Source: Hyaloraphidium curvatum SAG 235-1
Lineage: Eukaryota; Fungi; Monoblepharomycota
Reading direction: 5' to 3'
Length of the DNA stretch: 64,000 bases
NCBI GenBank assembly: GCA_025558095.1
Contig: JAIVFI010000016.1
Coordinates: 62,001-126,000, forward strand
The position numbers and the translations under genes are program-made. Under the pieces are notes generated by a model. That model made no database searches. It saw only the letters and a program-made list of their open reading frames with translations, and was not told the DNA's origin. Of the stretch, positions 10,460 to 21,796 are shown in pieces. The stretch's first letter is position 1. Every line of letters begins with the position of its first letter.

Positions 10460-13400
10460 ATGACATCTCCCCATCCCCGCAAACCACGCGCATATGGTTT
10501 CCGACCGGCGGGCGCGGCGCTGGCGCTGCTCGGACTGCTCGTCCTCGCCGTCATTGCCCCGGCCTTCGGAGCTCCGTTGGCCTACTACCCATTCCCGACC
10601 GTCCGTCTTCCGCACGCCGGCGACGCCTCGCAGTGGCCACACCCGCGGCTCGTCATTCCTGCGCTCCTGCCGCGGCTGCAGGAGGCGTGGGACTCCCCTT
10701 CGCCGACGCCGGCCGCGGCACTCTTCAAGCAATGGCTGGCTGGCCTGCTCGCCGAGACCTCGTGCGCCGGCAAAGAGTGGCTGTGCGGCGACGGTATGGC
10801 CGCAGCAGGACTGGCGCTGGCGTGGCGGCTGTCGGGCAACGCCGCCTATGCGCAGAAGGCCTGCGACCTGTACTTGCCGTCCTTCACGGGGGCCTACACC
10901 AACGTCGGTGGCAACTGGCTCAGCACCGCGCACTTTGCCTTTGCCTTCGACTGGATGTACGACGCGCCGTGCTTCAACCAGGCCGCCCGGGACTCGCTGC
11001 GAGGGAAGCTGGTCCGCTTCTCGGGCGAAGGCGACGACCTCGCCCGCAACGGCGCTTCCATCTCGCACGACTCGGACATGAACTGCAACCTGCTCTCCTC
11101 GCACCTCGTTGCGGGATTGGCCCTGCGGGGCGAGAACTCGTCGGATACCGCCGAGGCAGTGTCGGACCTGCTACTCTCGCGGGGGTGGACACTGCTGGTG
11201 CAGGGCATATCGACGGATCCAAACATTCCGGAGCCGCAGCCGCTCTTGGACTTCTACCGCCAGTCGGTCGGCAGCGGTGCTCCCATCGTCGGCTGGGAAT
11301 ACGGCGTGGGTGACGACCTGCTTGGTTTCCACGCAATCATGGCCGTGCTCGACGACATGGGCATCTCCGACGACTACTTCCCCGAGATCCGCCCCTTCTG
11401 GGCAAACAGCATCCGGAGCTACATCCACTACTTCGACCCAGCCATGACCTTCTGGCACTGGCTGGGCGACTCCCAGGACCCCACCGACATTTCCAGCTGC
11501 GTCGGCTGCGCAGTGCAATCCTTCCTCTCCATGTCGGCCCACTGGGCCGAGCGTTTTGGTGACCTGACGGCGGCTGCCCATGCGCGCTTCCACATGGACG
11601 AATTCCTCTCCCGCCGCTCGTACGTCGCCGACTCGGAGCCCCTGCTCTGGTTCCTCCGCTCTTGGAACTCCACTGCCTCCCGGCTCGACTACCGCCGCGG
11701 CCCATCCACCCTCCCCCGCACCTACATCGCCGGCGTCGGCCCGGGGCAGCACACCGGCACCGCCGCCTTCCGTACGCACTGGAACTCCACCTCCTCCCCG
11801 TCCGACCCCGTGCAGGCGACCTGGGGCATTGTCACCGGATCGGGCGCCTACCCGTGGGACCACATCCTCAACGACGCCGGGAACTTCTTCGTCTGGCGCA
11901 ACGGCGAGTTCCTGCTCACCGAGCCCAGGTCGTACCAGGGCCCGGAGGTGGCCGAGGTGTTCAACTCGCTGTCGATCGTCAACCCGGGGGCGGGGAACAC
12001 GTACAACAACCTCAGCGGGGGGCCGATCGTGTACGGGCCCGAGGGGGCGGCGTACGTCGAGCGCGGCCGGAGCTACGGGGTCACCAAGGCAGACGATGAC
12101 ATGCTCTACGTGGCGATCAACATGGACCGTGAGCGATTCGAGGGCGTCTGCAAGCCCGGATTGATTGGTCTCGTCCCTTGCGTGCAGACAACTACAACTT
12201 TCCTCCGAACCCTTGGAGTGAGTGCACCGGCCTCTGTCTCGCCCCCGTCAAGACCTACTCGCGGCACATCGCGTGGGACGGCGGCGACTACCTCTTCATT
12301 TTTGACAGGGTCAAGCTCCAGTACCCCGCCGCCGCCGCCCTGCGCTTCCGAACCAACAGCCCTCCCTCCCCTCCCACCGTCGTCGACGCGGCCAAGAACA
12401 TCGTGCAGCTCCCTTCGTCGGGCGGCAGCTACCACACCCTGATGCGCGTGTTCAACAGCCCTCAGCTGGACTGGCGCTTCGTCAACGAATCGGAGACGTG
12501 GCCGCAGTTCGATTGGCACCTCGACCCTCAGGCCGTTGGGTGGATGGTCCGCGCCCGCTTGCTCCCGCAGGACGGGCTGGAGCACGACGTCGTGACGGTG
12601 ATGAACTTTGACAGGGCGGGCGCGGGGACGGGGCAGCTCGACTCGGCTGGGTTGGTCACCCCGCTGGACGGTCCGCCGGGGACGGGGTCTTTCGGCGTCT
12701 GCGCGGGCAAGATGTGCGTGGTGCTCGCGGGGTACGGGGTCGCATCCTCGGGAGGGCTGCGGACGAACGCGAGCTACGAGTCGCCGGCGATCTTGCCAGG
12801 CGGCAGGCACGCCGTGGGCGATCTGGATGCATCCAAGTGCTACGACGTGCTCGTCAACGGCACGACGGTCGCTTCGAGTCTCGGGGTCGCAGACGAGGAC
12901 AACACGGTCGTGTTTGCCGTCGGCGGGGGCAGCCTGCGCGTGGACGTGCAGGCCGTCGCATGTCCGGATGCGCAAATCAAGACCAGCACGACTTCATCCG
13001 TCACCAAGAGCTTCACGACGAGCGCATTGGGCACGAGCACCATGTCTGCCACCCGTAGCTTGACGACGAGCGGCACCGTAAGCAGCACTTCGAGGACGGA
13101 ACCCAGCTCTTCCATTTCTTCTACCTCTTCTGCGACGGCGACGGCTTCGCTTTTCAGCACCTGGTGGGAAACCACCACGACGGTCCTGCAGCCGCCTGCG
13201 ACCACCGCGATGCAGCAGCCGCCAACCACAGCGGTGCATCCGCCCACGACCACGGTGCCGACTGTCGCCGTGCCGACGACTAGCAGGGTCTTGGCGGGCA
13301 CAACGAGCAGGCCGATCAGCCTGCGGCGGAGCACGAGCCGGAGGCGGACGTCCAGCCGGAAGCGGACGACGTCGCGAAAGAGGACGACGACAAGGAGAAG

Positions 13401-13521
13401 GAGGACGACCACGCGGAGAAGGACGACGACGAGGCGAAAGACGACTTCGAGACGGCGGACGAGCACGAGGAGGCGCTCGAGCACCCGCCGGCGCTCCACG
13501 ACGAGAAGGAGCAGCCCGTGA
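10460..13521 (+). CDS. Secreted heparinase II/III-like polysaccharide lyase with Ser/Thr-rich stalk and Arg/Thr-rich basic tail
   Basis: Signal peptide AALALLGLLVLAVIAPAFG; helical domain (HPRL, AFAFDWMYD); beta-domain motifs AAFRTHW and WDHILNDAGNFFVWRNGEFL. Intron 12129-12187 joins ORF 10460 to ORF 12178-13521. Confidence 0.65.
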
Positions 13522-13549
13522 CGATGTGAAGGTAATCGATTCATGCCTC

Positions 13550-14806
13550 CTACTCGTCCAATTCGATCACCGTTCCCCTCCTCGAAAGCCCTCCCGGCAT
13601 CCACCCCCTTAACCACCCCGGGACATCCCCCTTTCCCCCCTCGGGCGGCAGCGGCTCCTCCGCCCAGCTGACCGCCCTCCCCAGCCCCGGCGACTGCGGC
13701 GCCGACCCCGTCCGCGACGTCGCAGTCGGCGACGCCAGCACAACCACCGAATCGGCGGAGCGCGACGAGACGGAGGGGTTGCGCTGGCGGAAGGCGCCGA
13801 GCGGGATCCAGGAGGAAGAGCCGCGGGCGGGGTATTCGACGACCACCGTGGGGCGCTCCATCCGTGGGGGTTCGGCGGGGGGGATGGAGGGGTTGTCCGG
13901 GTTGGAGGCGCGCGCGGGGCGGAACCACGCGGTGATCTTGTCCCACGTCGTCGTCCGGGTCGCGAGGGAGGCGACCGAGGCGGCGTCCGTTTCGCCTTCC
14001 GCGGGATAGACGTCCGCCATAGAGGTGTAGAGGAAGGTGGAGCTCCGCGAGGGCGGATCGGGGGCGGAGGCAGACGAGGGGGTGCGGAAGGCGCGGCGGC
14101 CGCGGGTGCCAGTGGTGGGCTCGCCGAGGAAGTATCGGAAGAGGAGGAAGCGGCCGAGCCAGATGAGGAGGGCGCAGGCGACGATGCCGGCGAGGATGAA
14201 GCCGATGATGATGCCGACCTGGAATGCGGCAAGCCGAGCGGTCAGAGAAATGAGATATACTGGCAACCCCCATAAGAGACCCACTCTTCTCGCGGTGACC
14301 TCGTTCAGGTCGCTCGAGCTCCCCGACCCGCCGAACTCCGGGTTCTTCGCGAGGTAGTAGCTCGCGCTCTGGTTGTAGTACCTGCCGTAGATGGTATCCG
14401 GCGGCTCAGGCGGGCCGACCAGGAACTGCACCGCGTCCGCAAAGAATGCCGCCGCCGCTTCAGGAAGCACGCCCCCGGGGTTCTGCGCGCACAAAGTCCG
14501 AAGAGCCGCCGTGGCGGTCGCGTTGCGGCAGTCAAAACACGCGGCCATGGGGGCGTTGGCGAGGAAGAGCTGCCGGCACGCGCAGACGAGCGAGGCGGGA
14601 CGGATGGGGAGCTGGTGCGCAAACACGGAGAAACCCCCGGACGGGGCGGTGACATTGAAGGGCAGCGACGGGAACGGGTATGGCAGGGCACCTGGAGACC
14701 GAATATCAGATCCAATGACGTCGGAAGCGGCTACCAGGCGCGGACGCGGTGTCGGAACGTACAGAGCGGACGCAGCGGCGCCGGGTACGAGGAAAAGCCG
14801 CTGCAT
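13550..14806 (-). CDS. Type I single-pass membrane protein with small Cys-rich ectodomain and disordered cytoplasmic tail
   Basis: Putative start MQRLFLVPGAAASAL; CACRQ..CFDC..LC cysteines; TM segment VGIIIGFILAGIVACALLIWLG followed by RFLLFRY. Short introns inferred. Confidence 0.55.
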   Translation of the reverse strand: MQRLFLVPGAAASALYVPTPRPRLVAASDVIGSDIRSPGALPYPFPSLPFNVTAPSGGFSVFAHQLPIRPASLVCACRQLFLANAPMAACFDCRNATATAALRTLCAQNPGGVLPEAAAAFFADAVQFLVGPPEPPDTIYGRYYNQSASYYLAKNPEFGGSGSSSDLNEVTARRVGLLWGLPVYLISLTARLAAFQVGIIIGFILAGIVACALLIWLGRFLLFRYFLGEPTTGTRGRRAFRTPSSASAPDPPSRSSTFLYTSMADVYPAEGETDAASVASLATRTTTWDKITAWFRPARASNPDNPSIPPAEPPRMERPTVVVEYPARGSSSWIPLGAFRQRNPSVSSRSADSVVVLASPTATSRTGSAPQSPGLGRAVSWAEEPLPPEGGKGDVPGWLRGWMPGGLSRRGTVIELDE

Positions 14807-14881
14807 TCGGCCTCGCACTCGGGATATGTCGGGAGCGCGGCATACTCGAACTGCGACATCGGAAAGGCCCGCTAGGCGCTC

Positions 14882-15728
14882 ATGATCGGGAACGGCATTG
14901 GGAGGAGAGGAGCGGGAAGGGGTTTCACACAGCTCGAGACTCTCGAGGGACGGAAGACACCCACCACGCGAGCTTGGACGACCTTCAGCCCGGTGTTCTA
15001 CGACAAAATTCGCTTCAAGCGTCTCGACTGCGGCATCAAGGCTTTGCCTTGGCACTCGGGCCCGCGCGCCTTCACCTGGGTCCACCTCTTCGACAAGCGA
15101 ACTGGGAGGTCGTTGCTCGCCGTCTCGCTCGTACGTTAATCCCCGGCCGCGGAAATTACAGCCGCCTGATCTCGCGCCTGCAGCACTTTGAATTCTCGTT
15201 CAAGGACAGTCAAGCATCCAATCCCCCGCCGCCGAACGCGGCCATGCGCCGGGAAGCCAGCGGCAAGATCGCCCGCGACAAGTCCCTCGATACTCTCCTC
15301 CAGTTCCTCGTCGACTGTCACCCCGACGTGCCCGCCGTCGTAGCCGGCGACTTCAACTGCTACCACCGCACGCAGGCCGAAGCCCTTCGCACGGGCATGC
15401 AACGTGCGGGGTTCGAGGACGCCCACGCCGGGACCTCGGACACGTTCAAATCAAGGCACGGGAAGGACAACTACCTCTACCCGGAGAGGGCGAGGGAGGA
15501 AACGCAGAACCCGAACCGTCACTGCGGGAGGATGTAAGTGCTTTCCTGCCGCGCTACTTTCGTCCGCGCGGAGCTCACCATTCACACCCACGCAGCGACC
15601 ACATCTTCGCCCGGGGCTTCCGCATTTGTGAGAGTTCGGTGCACACGAAGCCGGTCGTGACGCGCCACGGGTATGAGCAGTGGCCTTCGGACCACTACCC
15701 TATCCTGGCAACGCTCGAGTTCCAGTGA
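14882..15728 (+). CDS. Endonuclease/exonuclease/phosphatase (EEP) family protein
   Basis: Spliced product contains PVFYDK, RAFTWVHLFDKRTG, VVAGDFN and terminal PSDHYPILATLEFQ*. Introns at ~15131-15183 and after 15534. The N-terminus may be incomplete. Confidence 0.75.
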
Positions 15729-16435
15729 CACCGAGATCGCGACTGCAAGCAGCAACCAGCTTTGGCACGGGAAAGTCTTCGTCAAGCTAAGGGCAATGAT
15801 TGGTCGGGTGTGGAATCTTCAGATTCGCAGGCGTGCGGGATGGTAGCTTCGGGACAAGGTTCATAGGCTTCGTCGACAGTTGTAGCTTTTGATTGAACAT
15901 TCTGATTGATTCATCTTTCGTACTCGATGGATGAATGCTAAGTTCCAACTTTGACGCACTGAATACAAATCTTGCTGAATAACTTACGTTTCTGGCCTCC
16001 CCGTCGCGAGCCGACCTTGACGATAAGATATCGGAAATATTACCGCAGGGAAGCAACCTCGCCTCATCATAGCCCAGATCGGACTAACCGGCAATGCCCA
16101 CGCATGTGGGACGTCGGGCCCAAAGTCAGTCCCCAAACCAGAAAGTCAGTCAGTCAGTCAGTCAATCAACCTTCGAAGCCTGAACTCTACGGTCGCAGGC
16201 CATTCGTCTGCAGCCCCGCAAGTGCGTGCGCCATTGGGCGCTCGCTCTCTTCGGGGCCCCACGGCTCGCACGGCGGCCGGCCGCGTTCACGGGGAATTCC
16301 GGCGTCGCTCGCCCTGCTTCCGACCGACCGCGCTTCCCAAAACCCGGCACCGTGTTGCCCGTCGCTACAGGTACCGCTTCCTCCGCACGCGCATCGCTCG
16401 GCAAGCTTACTCCGGATGACAGCTGCCGCTCCCTG

Positions 16436-16819
16436 ATGAGGCATCTTACGGACAAAGAAGCCATAGTCGTGGTGGTCTTCTTCCTCGCCGTTGGCGGCGC
16501 CGGCATCGGATGTTATGTCGTGGCCGTGCGCACTCCCGGGTATTCTTTTGGCTCACTGTGGTGGGCGGGGTGGATCATGATGTTCATCGGGTTCGGGCTC
16601 CTGTGGGCCCTGCCCGCGTGCCTGGCCGATGAACGCGGTAAGGAGGGCGGCAAGGACGGGGACGGAACGGATGCGCCGGAAGAGATCGTCGTCGGCGATG
16701 TCGATGTCCATGGCGGTGATTTGGCGCCGAAGGACGACGCGGCGGAAGAGGCAGGGGATGGCGGCGAGGTGGTCGATACTGTGAACCTGGTGGGGAAGAG
16801 CGGCGAAAAGGACGAATGA
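16436..16819 (+). CDS. Small two-TM membrane protein with acidic C-tail
   Basis: Hydrophobic segments IVVVVFFLAVGGAGIGCYVVAV and LWWAGWIMMFIGFGLLWALPACL. The start codon is uncertain. Confidence 0.55.
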   Translation: MRHLTDKEAIVVVVFFLAVGGAGIGCYVVAVRTPGYSFGSLWWAGWIMMFIGFGLLWALPACLADERGKEGGKDGDGTDAPEEIVVGDVDVHGGDLAPKDDAAEEAGDGGEVVDTVNLVGKSGEKDE

Positions 16820-17031
16820 ATGCCGCGCAGGCTGACCCTGGGCTGGGGAGAGTGGGGACAGACAACTCTTCGAGTATCGGCCCGATACTGTACAAAAGGA
16901 TATCGATCTACCTTGTGTATTGCGACGCGGACGGAAATGCCATACCAGACCAGACCAGACAGCCCGCTACGGATCTCTCCCATCCGTCCCGTCGGCCCGT
17001 TTTCCTCGCGCGACGCCAAGCTGACCTGCAC

Positions 17032-18066
17032 TCACAGCCTCGCCGCCTCCCCTTCTTGGTCGTGGTACCCCGCCGACTTCTTGGCCAGGCCGCCGAAGAG
17101 GTCCAGCATCCGCGCGCGCCACTGGAACAGCGGGTCCGAGGGCTCGAGGAGCTGCGTGGAGGTGGCGGCTAGAGGAAGTCGGTTAGCTTCGGCCAGCGCG
17201 GTGATCGAGTGAGGAGCTCACAGACGGCGCGGATCCTGAAAGTGGCAGCAAACAGATGAGCCTTCTTCCACATGCCGAACAAAAGGCAGGCAACCCACCA
17301 AAGGAACGCGCTGAACAGCACGTAGTCGCAGTACAGCGGCGTCTCCCCCCCGAGGAACTTGCTCCCCCTCAGGATCCCCCTCGCCGGCTCGAGCGCGCGG
17401 CGGAACTCCTGGATCACCTGCGGGATCTGCTCGCGCGGGACCTGCGGCTTGGGCATGGAGCCGGACTTGATGCCGAACATCTTGGCGCGCTCGGCCGAGT
17501 AGTACCTTTCGAACGCGGGGAGGTGAGACACCACAGCACAGGAAAAGGGGGAGGAGGAGTACCAATCCCGCCCGTCGTCGTCCTGCAGCATCCTCGCGTC
17601 GTCGAAGCACAGCTTCTGGATGAAGGGGTTGACGACCGAGTTGACCCAGTTGCAGACGAACTGGGTCAGCTGCGGCGAGGGGCCAAAGAGCGACGGCAGG
17701 TCGGGGTAGGCCTCGTCGAGGTAGTGCGCGATCTTCTGCGAGTCGTTGACGAAGGGGACCTTCGGGTTGTTGGGGTCAACCTGTTCCGCAGGTGCCCGAA
17801 AGGAGGTGGTCGGAGGAGGAAGCCGGGCGGTGAGCCGGAGCGGAACGAGCGTGCCGACGGAGGGTACCAACAATGACCGGCACCAACTTCTGCTTCGAGA
17901 ACGCGATCTGGTCCTTCTCGGTGAACGTAATCGACACCCGCTTCATCGGGAAACCTTTGTGCGCAACGGCGAGCACCGCCCGCCACGCGAACGGCGAAAG
18001 CACGCGGGCGCGGTCGCCCTTCGAGGTGCAGAGCTCGTAGACGGTGATGGGCTGCTTGTCCGCCAT
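17032..18066 (-). CDS. Glutathione S-transferase, LigE/beta-etherase-like; multi-exon
   Basis: ITVYEL..LSPFAWRAVLAVAHKG..FTEKDQI..LVPVIVD..VNDSQKIAHYLDEAYPDLPSLF; FLGGETPLYCDYVLFSAFLW; C-terminal WRARMLDLFGGLA. Confidence 0.85.
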
Positions 18067-18216
18067 CGCGCCGGCCGTGGAGGGGGAGAGTGTGTCGGCA
18101 AAAGGCGCACGTCTCCCACGCGGATCGGCGACGCTCTTGTCGCCCGCCAACCCCTGCCTTCGGACGATTCCGCTCCGTTTGCCCTCTCTCGTGCCATCAT
18201 TTTCATCTATTCCACG

Positions 18217-19917
18217 ATGTCGATCCCGCTCGTCGAGATTTCGGTCGCCGATCTCGCCGCGGCGCTCGCGGACGGCCGCACGACGGCGCGGTCCCTCGTC
18301 GAGGGCTATCTCGCCCGCATCGCGCGGTACGACGGCGCGATCAACGCGGTCGTCGTGGCGAACCCCGACGCGCTGGCCGATGCATTCGCCAGCGACGAAC
18401 GGCGGGCAAAGGGCGCCTCGCTGGGGCCGCTGGACGGCATCCCGTATCTGGCAAAGGACAGCTACATGGTCCGCGGCCTGACCTGCGCCGCGGGATCGCC
18501 GGCCTTTGCGGACCTGATTGCGCAGAAGGACGCGTTCACGATCGAGCGCCTGCGCGCCGCGGGGGCCATCTGCCTCGGCCTGACCAACATGCCTCCGATG
18601 GCGAACGGCGGCATGCAGCGCGGCCTTTATGGACGCGCAGAGAGCCCGTACAACGATAAATTCCTCACAGCGCCATTCGGTTCCGGCTCCTCCAACGGGT
18701 CGGGCTCGGGGCTGGCAGCTTCGTTCGCGGCCTTCGCCCTCGCCGAGGAAACGTGGTCCAGTGGCCGCGGGCCTGCTTCCAACAACGGTCTGTGCTGCTA
18801 CACGCCCAGCCGCGGTATCATTTCCGTACGGGGCAACTGGCCGCTCGTGCCGACTATGGACGTCTGCGTGCCGTACGCGCGGTCGATGGGGGACCTATTG
18901 ATGCTGCTGGACGTTATCGTGGCCGACGACAAGGAATCGCGCGGCGACTTCTGGCGCGCGCAGCCCTGGGTCAAGATCCCCCGTGCGTCCGAAGTGCGCC
19001 CGGCTTCATACGCCGCACTCTCGGACCAGGCTACGCTGGCGGGCGTGCGCCTTGGCGTCCCTCGGATGTACATCGGCGAGGACAAGGACTCCAAGGACCC
19101 CATCGAGACCCGGCCAACCGTCATCGAGCAGTGGAACAAGGCACGCCGCGATCTGGAAGCTGCCGGAGCCACCGTCGTCGAGGTCGACTTTCCCGCCGTG
19201 ACCAACTACGAAGCGCGCGGCCTCTCCGACGACCGCTCCCTCGCCGCCCGAGGCCTGGTCCCCAAGGGCTTCGCCGACTCGGAGCTCTGGGACCTGTGCA
19301 TCTGGTCGTGGGACGACTTCCTCGCCGCCAACGGCGACCCCAAGCTGCACCGCCTCGCGGACGTCGACCCGGACCTCATCTTTCCCCCGCCGCCCGGCGC
19401 CCTGCCGGACCGGTACGACGACCACCTCCGCCGGTTCGCCCCAGAGGACGTGCCGCTTGCGGAGTACGTCCACCGCGCCCGGCGCGGGATCAAACCCCTC
19501 GCGGAGATCCCGCACATGGCCAAAGGGCTGCAGGGCCTCGAAGACGCGCGCCGGCTGGACTTTGAATCCTGGATGGACAACCTCGGCCTCGACGCGGTCG
19601 TGTTCCCCGCCGTCGCCGACGTCGGGCCAGCCGACGCCGACGTGAACCCTGCCTCCGCCGCGCTGGCCTGGCGCAACGGGACCTGGGTAGCGAACGGGAA
19701 CCTCGTCCCGCGGCACCTGGGCATCCCGTGCGTGCAGGTACCGATGGGCCTGATGGCCGACATTGGGATGCCGATCGGGTTGGCGTTCGCGGGGAGGGCG
19801 TACGACGACTCGAAGCTGCTTGGGATCGGTGCGGCGTTCGAGAGGGCGGCGAACAGGGAAGGGTCGGCGGTGGGGAGGACGAGGGTGCCGCCGGAGAGCA
19901 CGCCGGAGATCGTTTGA
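18217..19917 (+). CDS. Amidase-signature family amidase, intronless
   Basis: GPLDGIPYLAKDS, GLTNMPPMANGG, GSSNGSG, AEETWSSGRGPASNNG (Ser-cisSer-Lys triad region). Confidence 0.92.
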   Translation: MSIPLVEISVADLAAALADGRTTARSLVEGYLARIARYDGAINAVVVANPDALADAFASDERRAKGASLGPLDGIPYLAKDSYMVRGLTCAAGSPAFADLIAQKDAFTIERLRAAGAICLGLTNMPPMANGGMQRGLYGRAESPYNDKFLTAPFGSGSSNGSGSGLAASFAAFALAEETWSSGRGPASNNGLCCYTPSRGIISVRGNWPLVPTMDVCVPYARSMGDLLMLLDVIVADDKESRGDFWRAQPWVKIPRASEVRPASYAALSDQATLAGVRLGVPRMYIGEDKDSKDPIETRPTVIEQWNKARRDLEAAGATVVEVDFPAVTNYEARGLSDDRSLAARGLVPKGFADSELWDLCIWSWDDFLAANGDPKLHRLADVDPDLIFPPPPGALPDRYDDHLRRFAPEDVPLAEYVHRARRGIKPLAEIPHMAKGLQGLEDARRLDFESWMDNLGLDAVVFPAVADVGPADADVNPASAALAWRNGTWVANGNLVPRHLGIPCVQVPMGLMADIGMPIGLAFAGRAYDDSKLLGIGAAFERAANREGSAVGRTRVPPESTPEIV

Positions 19918-20282
19918 TTCCGGTGGCGTCGACCATGGTGTCGTATCAGTTTCTCGATCGGTTGGTGATCTATGGTCTCTACCCATGTACTGTTGTTGCT
20001 TGAAAGGTCGTTATGAGAGGGTGAGAAAGAAAGGATCGAGGTTACACAGCGAGACATGAATTGAGTGCTGTAGAGTCGGAAATCGGAATCCAACGATGAA
20101 GCATCGTTGTTCGCCCGCGAGGATGAATCTTTCCCGGATGTTCGCGGGGTCTCGGGAAGGCGAGTCAGGGCAGGCAGGGTCCACCTCTGGGAGACCCCAA
20201 ACGCCACGCCGTTGGACGCTCATCGGAGCGCTATTCGGCCTAAATCGGCTTCCATATCCCGCATTCCGTCGAACCCTTCGCG

Positions 20283-21703
20283 ATGGCCGCGGCCGCCCCC
20301 GTGACTCTCACCCCGGCGAAGCCGGGCACGGACCCCCTCCCCGCGGCGTGCCGCGACACCGAGTTCACGGCGCAGATCGAGGCCATGGGCCTCAGCTTCG
20401 TGCAGAAGCACACCATCATGACGCTGACGCCCAACCCGGCGCTGGACAAGTCGACGGCGTGCCCGATGATCCAGCACACGGAGAAGCTGCGGTGCCAGGA
20501 CGTCAAGGCCGAGCCGGGTGGGGATTTCGCGAGGAAAACACGGCCTGGGACGCGTGGCTGACGTGTTGCTGCCAGGCGGCGGCGGGATCAACGTGAGCAG
20601 GGCGATAAGGAAGCTCGGGGGCGACTCGGAGGCCATCTTCCTCGCGGGGGGCACCAACGGCGAAATCTACGAGGGCCTCCTGGACACGGAGCTCAGGGGA
20701 TGGCACAAGAAGATTGAGATCGCCGGGGAGACCCGCGAGAGCTTCACCTGTTTCGACGAGACGAGCGGCAAGGAGTTCCGGTTCAACATGGTTGGGTGTC
20801 ATTGGGCCTTCCTCCCTGGTCGCGCTCATCGTGACCCTCCTTCCCTCAGCCTGGTCCCAAAGTGACGCCGGAAGAGGTGCAGAGGACGATTGATGAGCTG
20901 GACAAGTTCATGGACCCCCCGCCGGGGTTCCTCGGTACGCCATGGTGACATCTCCTGTCAGGGATACCGAGCTGACGATCGCCTCCGAAGTGCTGTCTGG
21001 ATCCCTCCCCGTCGGCGTCCCGGACACCTACTTCATCGAAATTGCGAAGAAGGCAAAGGCCAAAGGCGTCAAGGTCATTCTCGACACGTCGGGCCCCCAG
21101 CTCCTGGCGGCCGCGCAGAAGTCCGAACGCGACATGTGAGCTCGCCCGCTGGCAGTCCTTTCGCCCTAGAAACCTGATCCGCGCGGCCACAGCTACCTCT
21201 GCAAGCCCAACCAGGAGGAGCTTGAGAGCATGCTGAACCTGAAGGACACCAAGCTGTCCTACCTCAAGGACCAGCTGGACGAGATCATGGGGATCCAGGA
21301 CGACGAGCACCTCATCGCCGCGGCCAAGCTCGCCATCGATCGCGGGCGCACCGACATCATGGTGGTGTCGCTCGGCAAGGCGGGCGCGCTGCTGGTCACC
21401 AGGGAGGGCGAGGTGGAGATGATGAGGGGTCTGACGGTTCCGGTCAAGTCGGCCGTCGGCGCCGGCGACACCATGGTGAGCTGCCCATTGGTCAGCTTGT
21501 TGTCTAGGAGCTAACAGGTGGAGCAGCTCGGCGCGATCACGTTGGCCCTCGCGCGCGAGTGGCCCATCGCGATGGCGGTCAAATTCGGCCTGGCCGCGGG
21601 CGCCGCGTGCGTCATGACGCCCGGCTCGGAGCTCTGCCGCCGGACGGACACAGAGCGGCTCTTCTCCAAGATGATGAAGCAGACCGGCGTCAAGTACTCT
21701 TGA
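20283..21703 (+). CDS. pfkB: PfkB-family phosphofructokinase (bacterial Pfk-2/FruK-like); ~5 introns
   Basis: IMTLTPNPALDKST, EKLRC..EPGGGGINVSRAIRKLGG, LSGSLPVGV, VILDTSG, KPNQEEL, VVSLGKAGA, SAVGAGDTM. Confidence 0.88.
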
Positions 21704-21796
21704 GCGGCTTTGGGACGGCGGCGGAAAAAGACTGGGCTTCTCACTGATCGGGAGGCGAATTGGTGTTCAGCGCGAGATGTATCTGGGATCGGGTAT

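Noticed and set aside
16144-16168. (AGTC)n microsatellite; also short direct repeats at ~175-207 and ~32648-32682
   Set aside because: Short intergenic slippage repeats with no supporting structure or associated gene.
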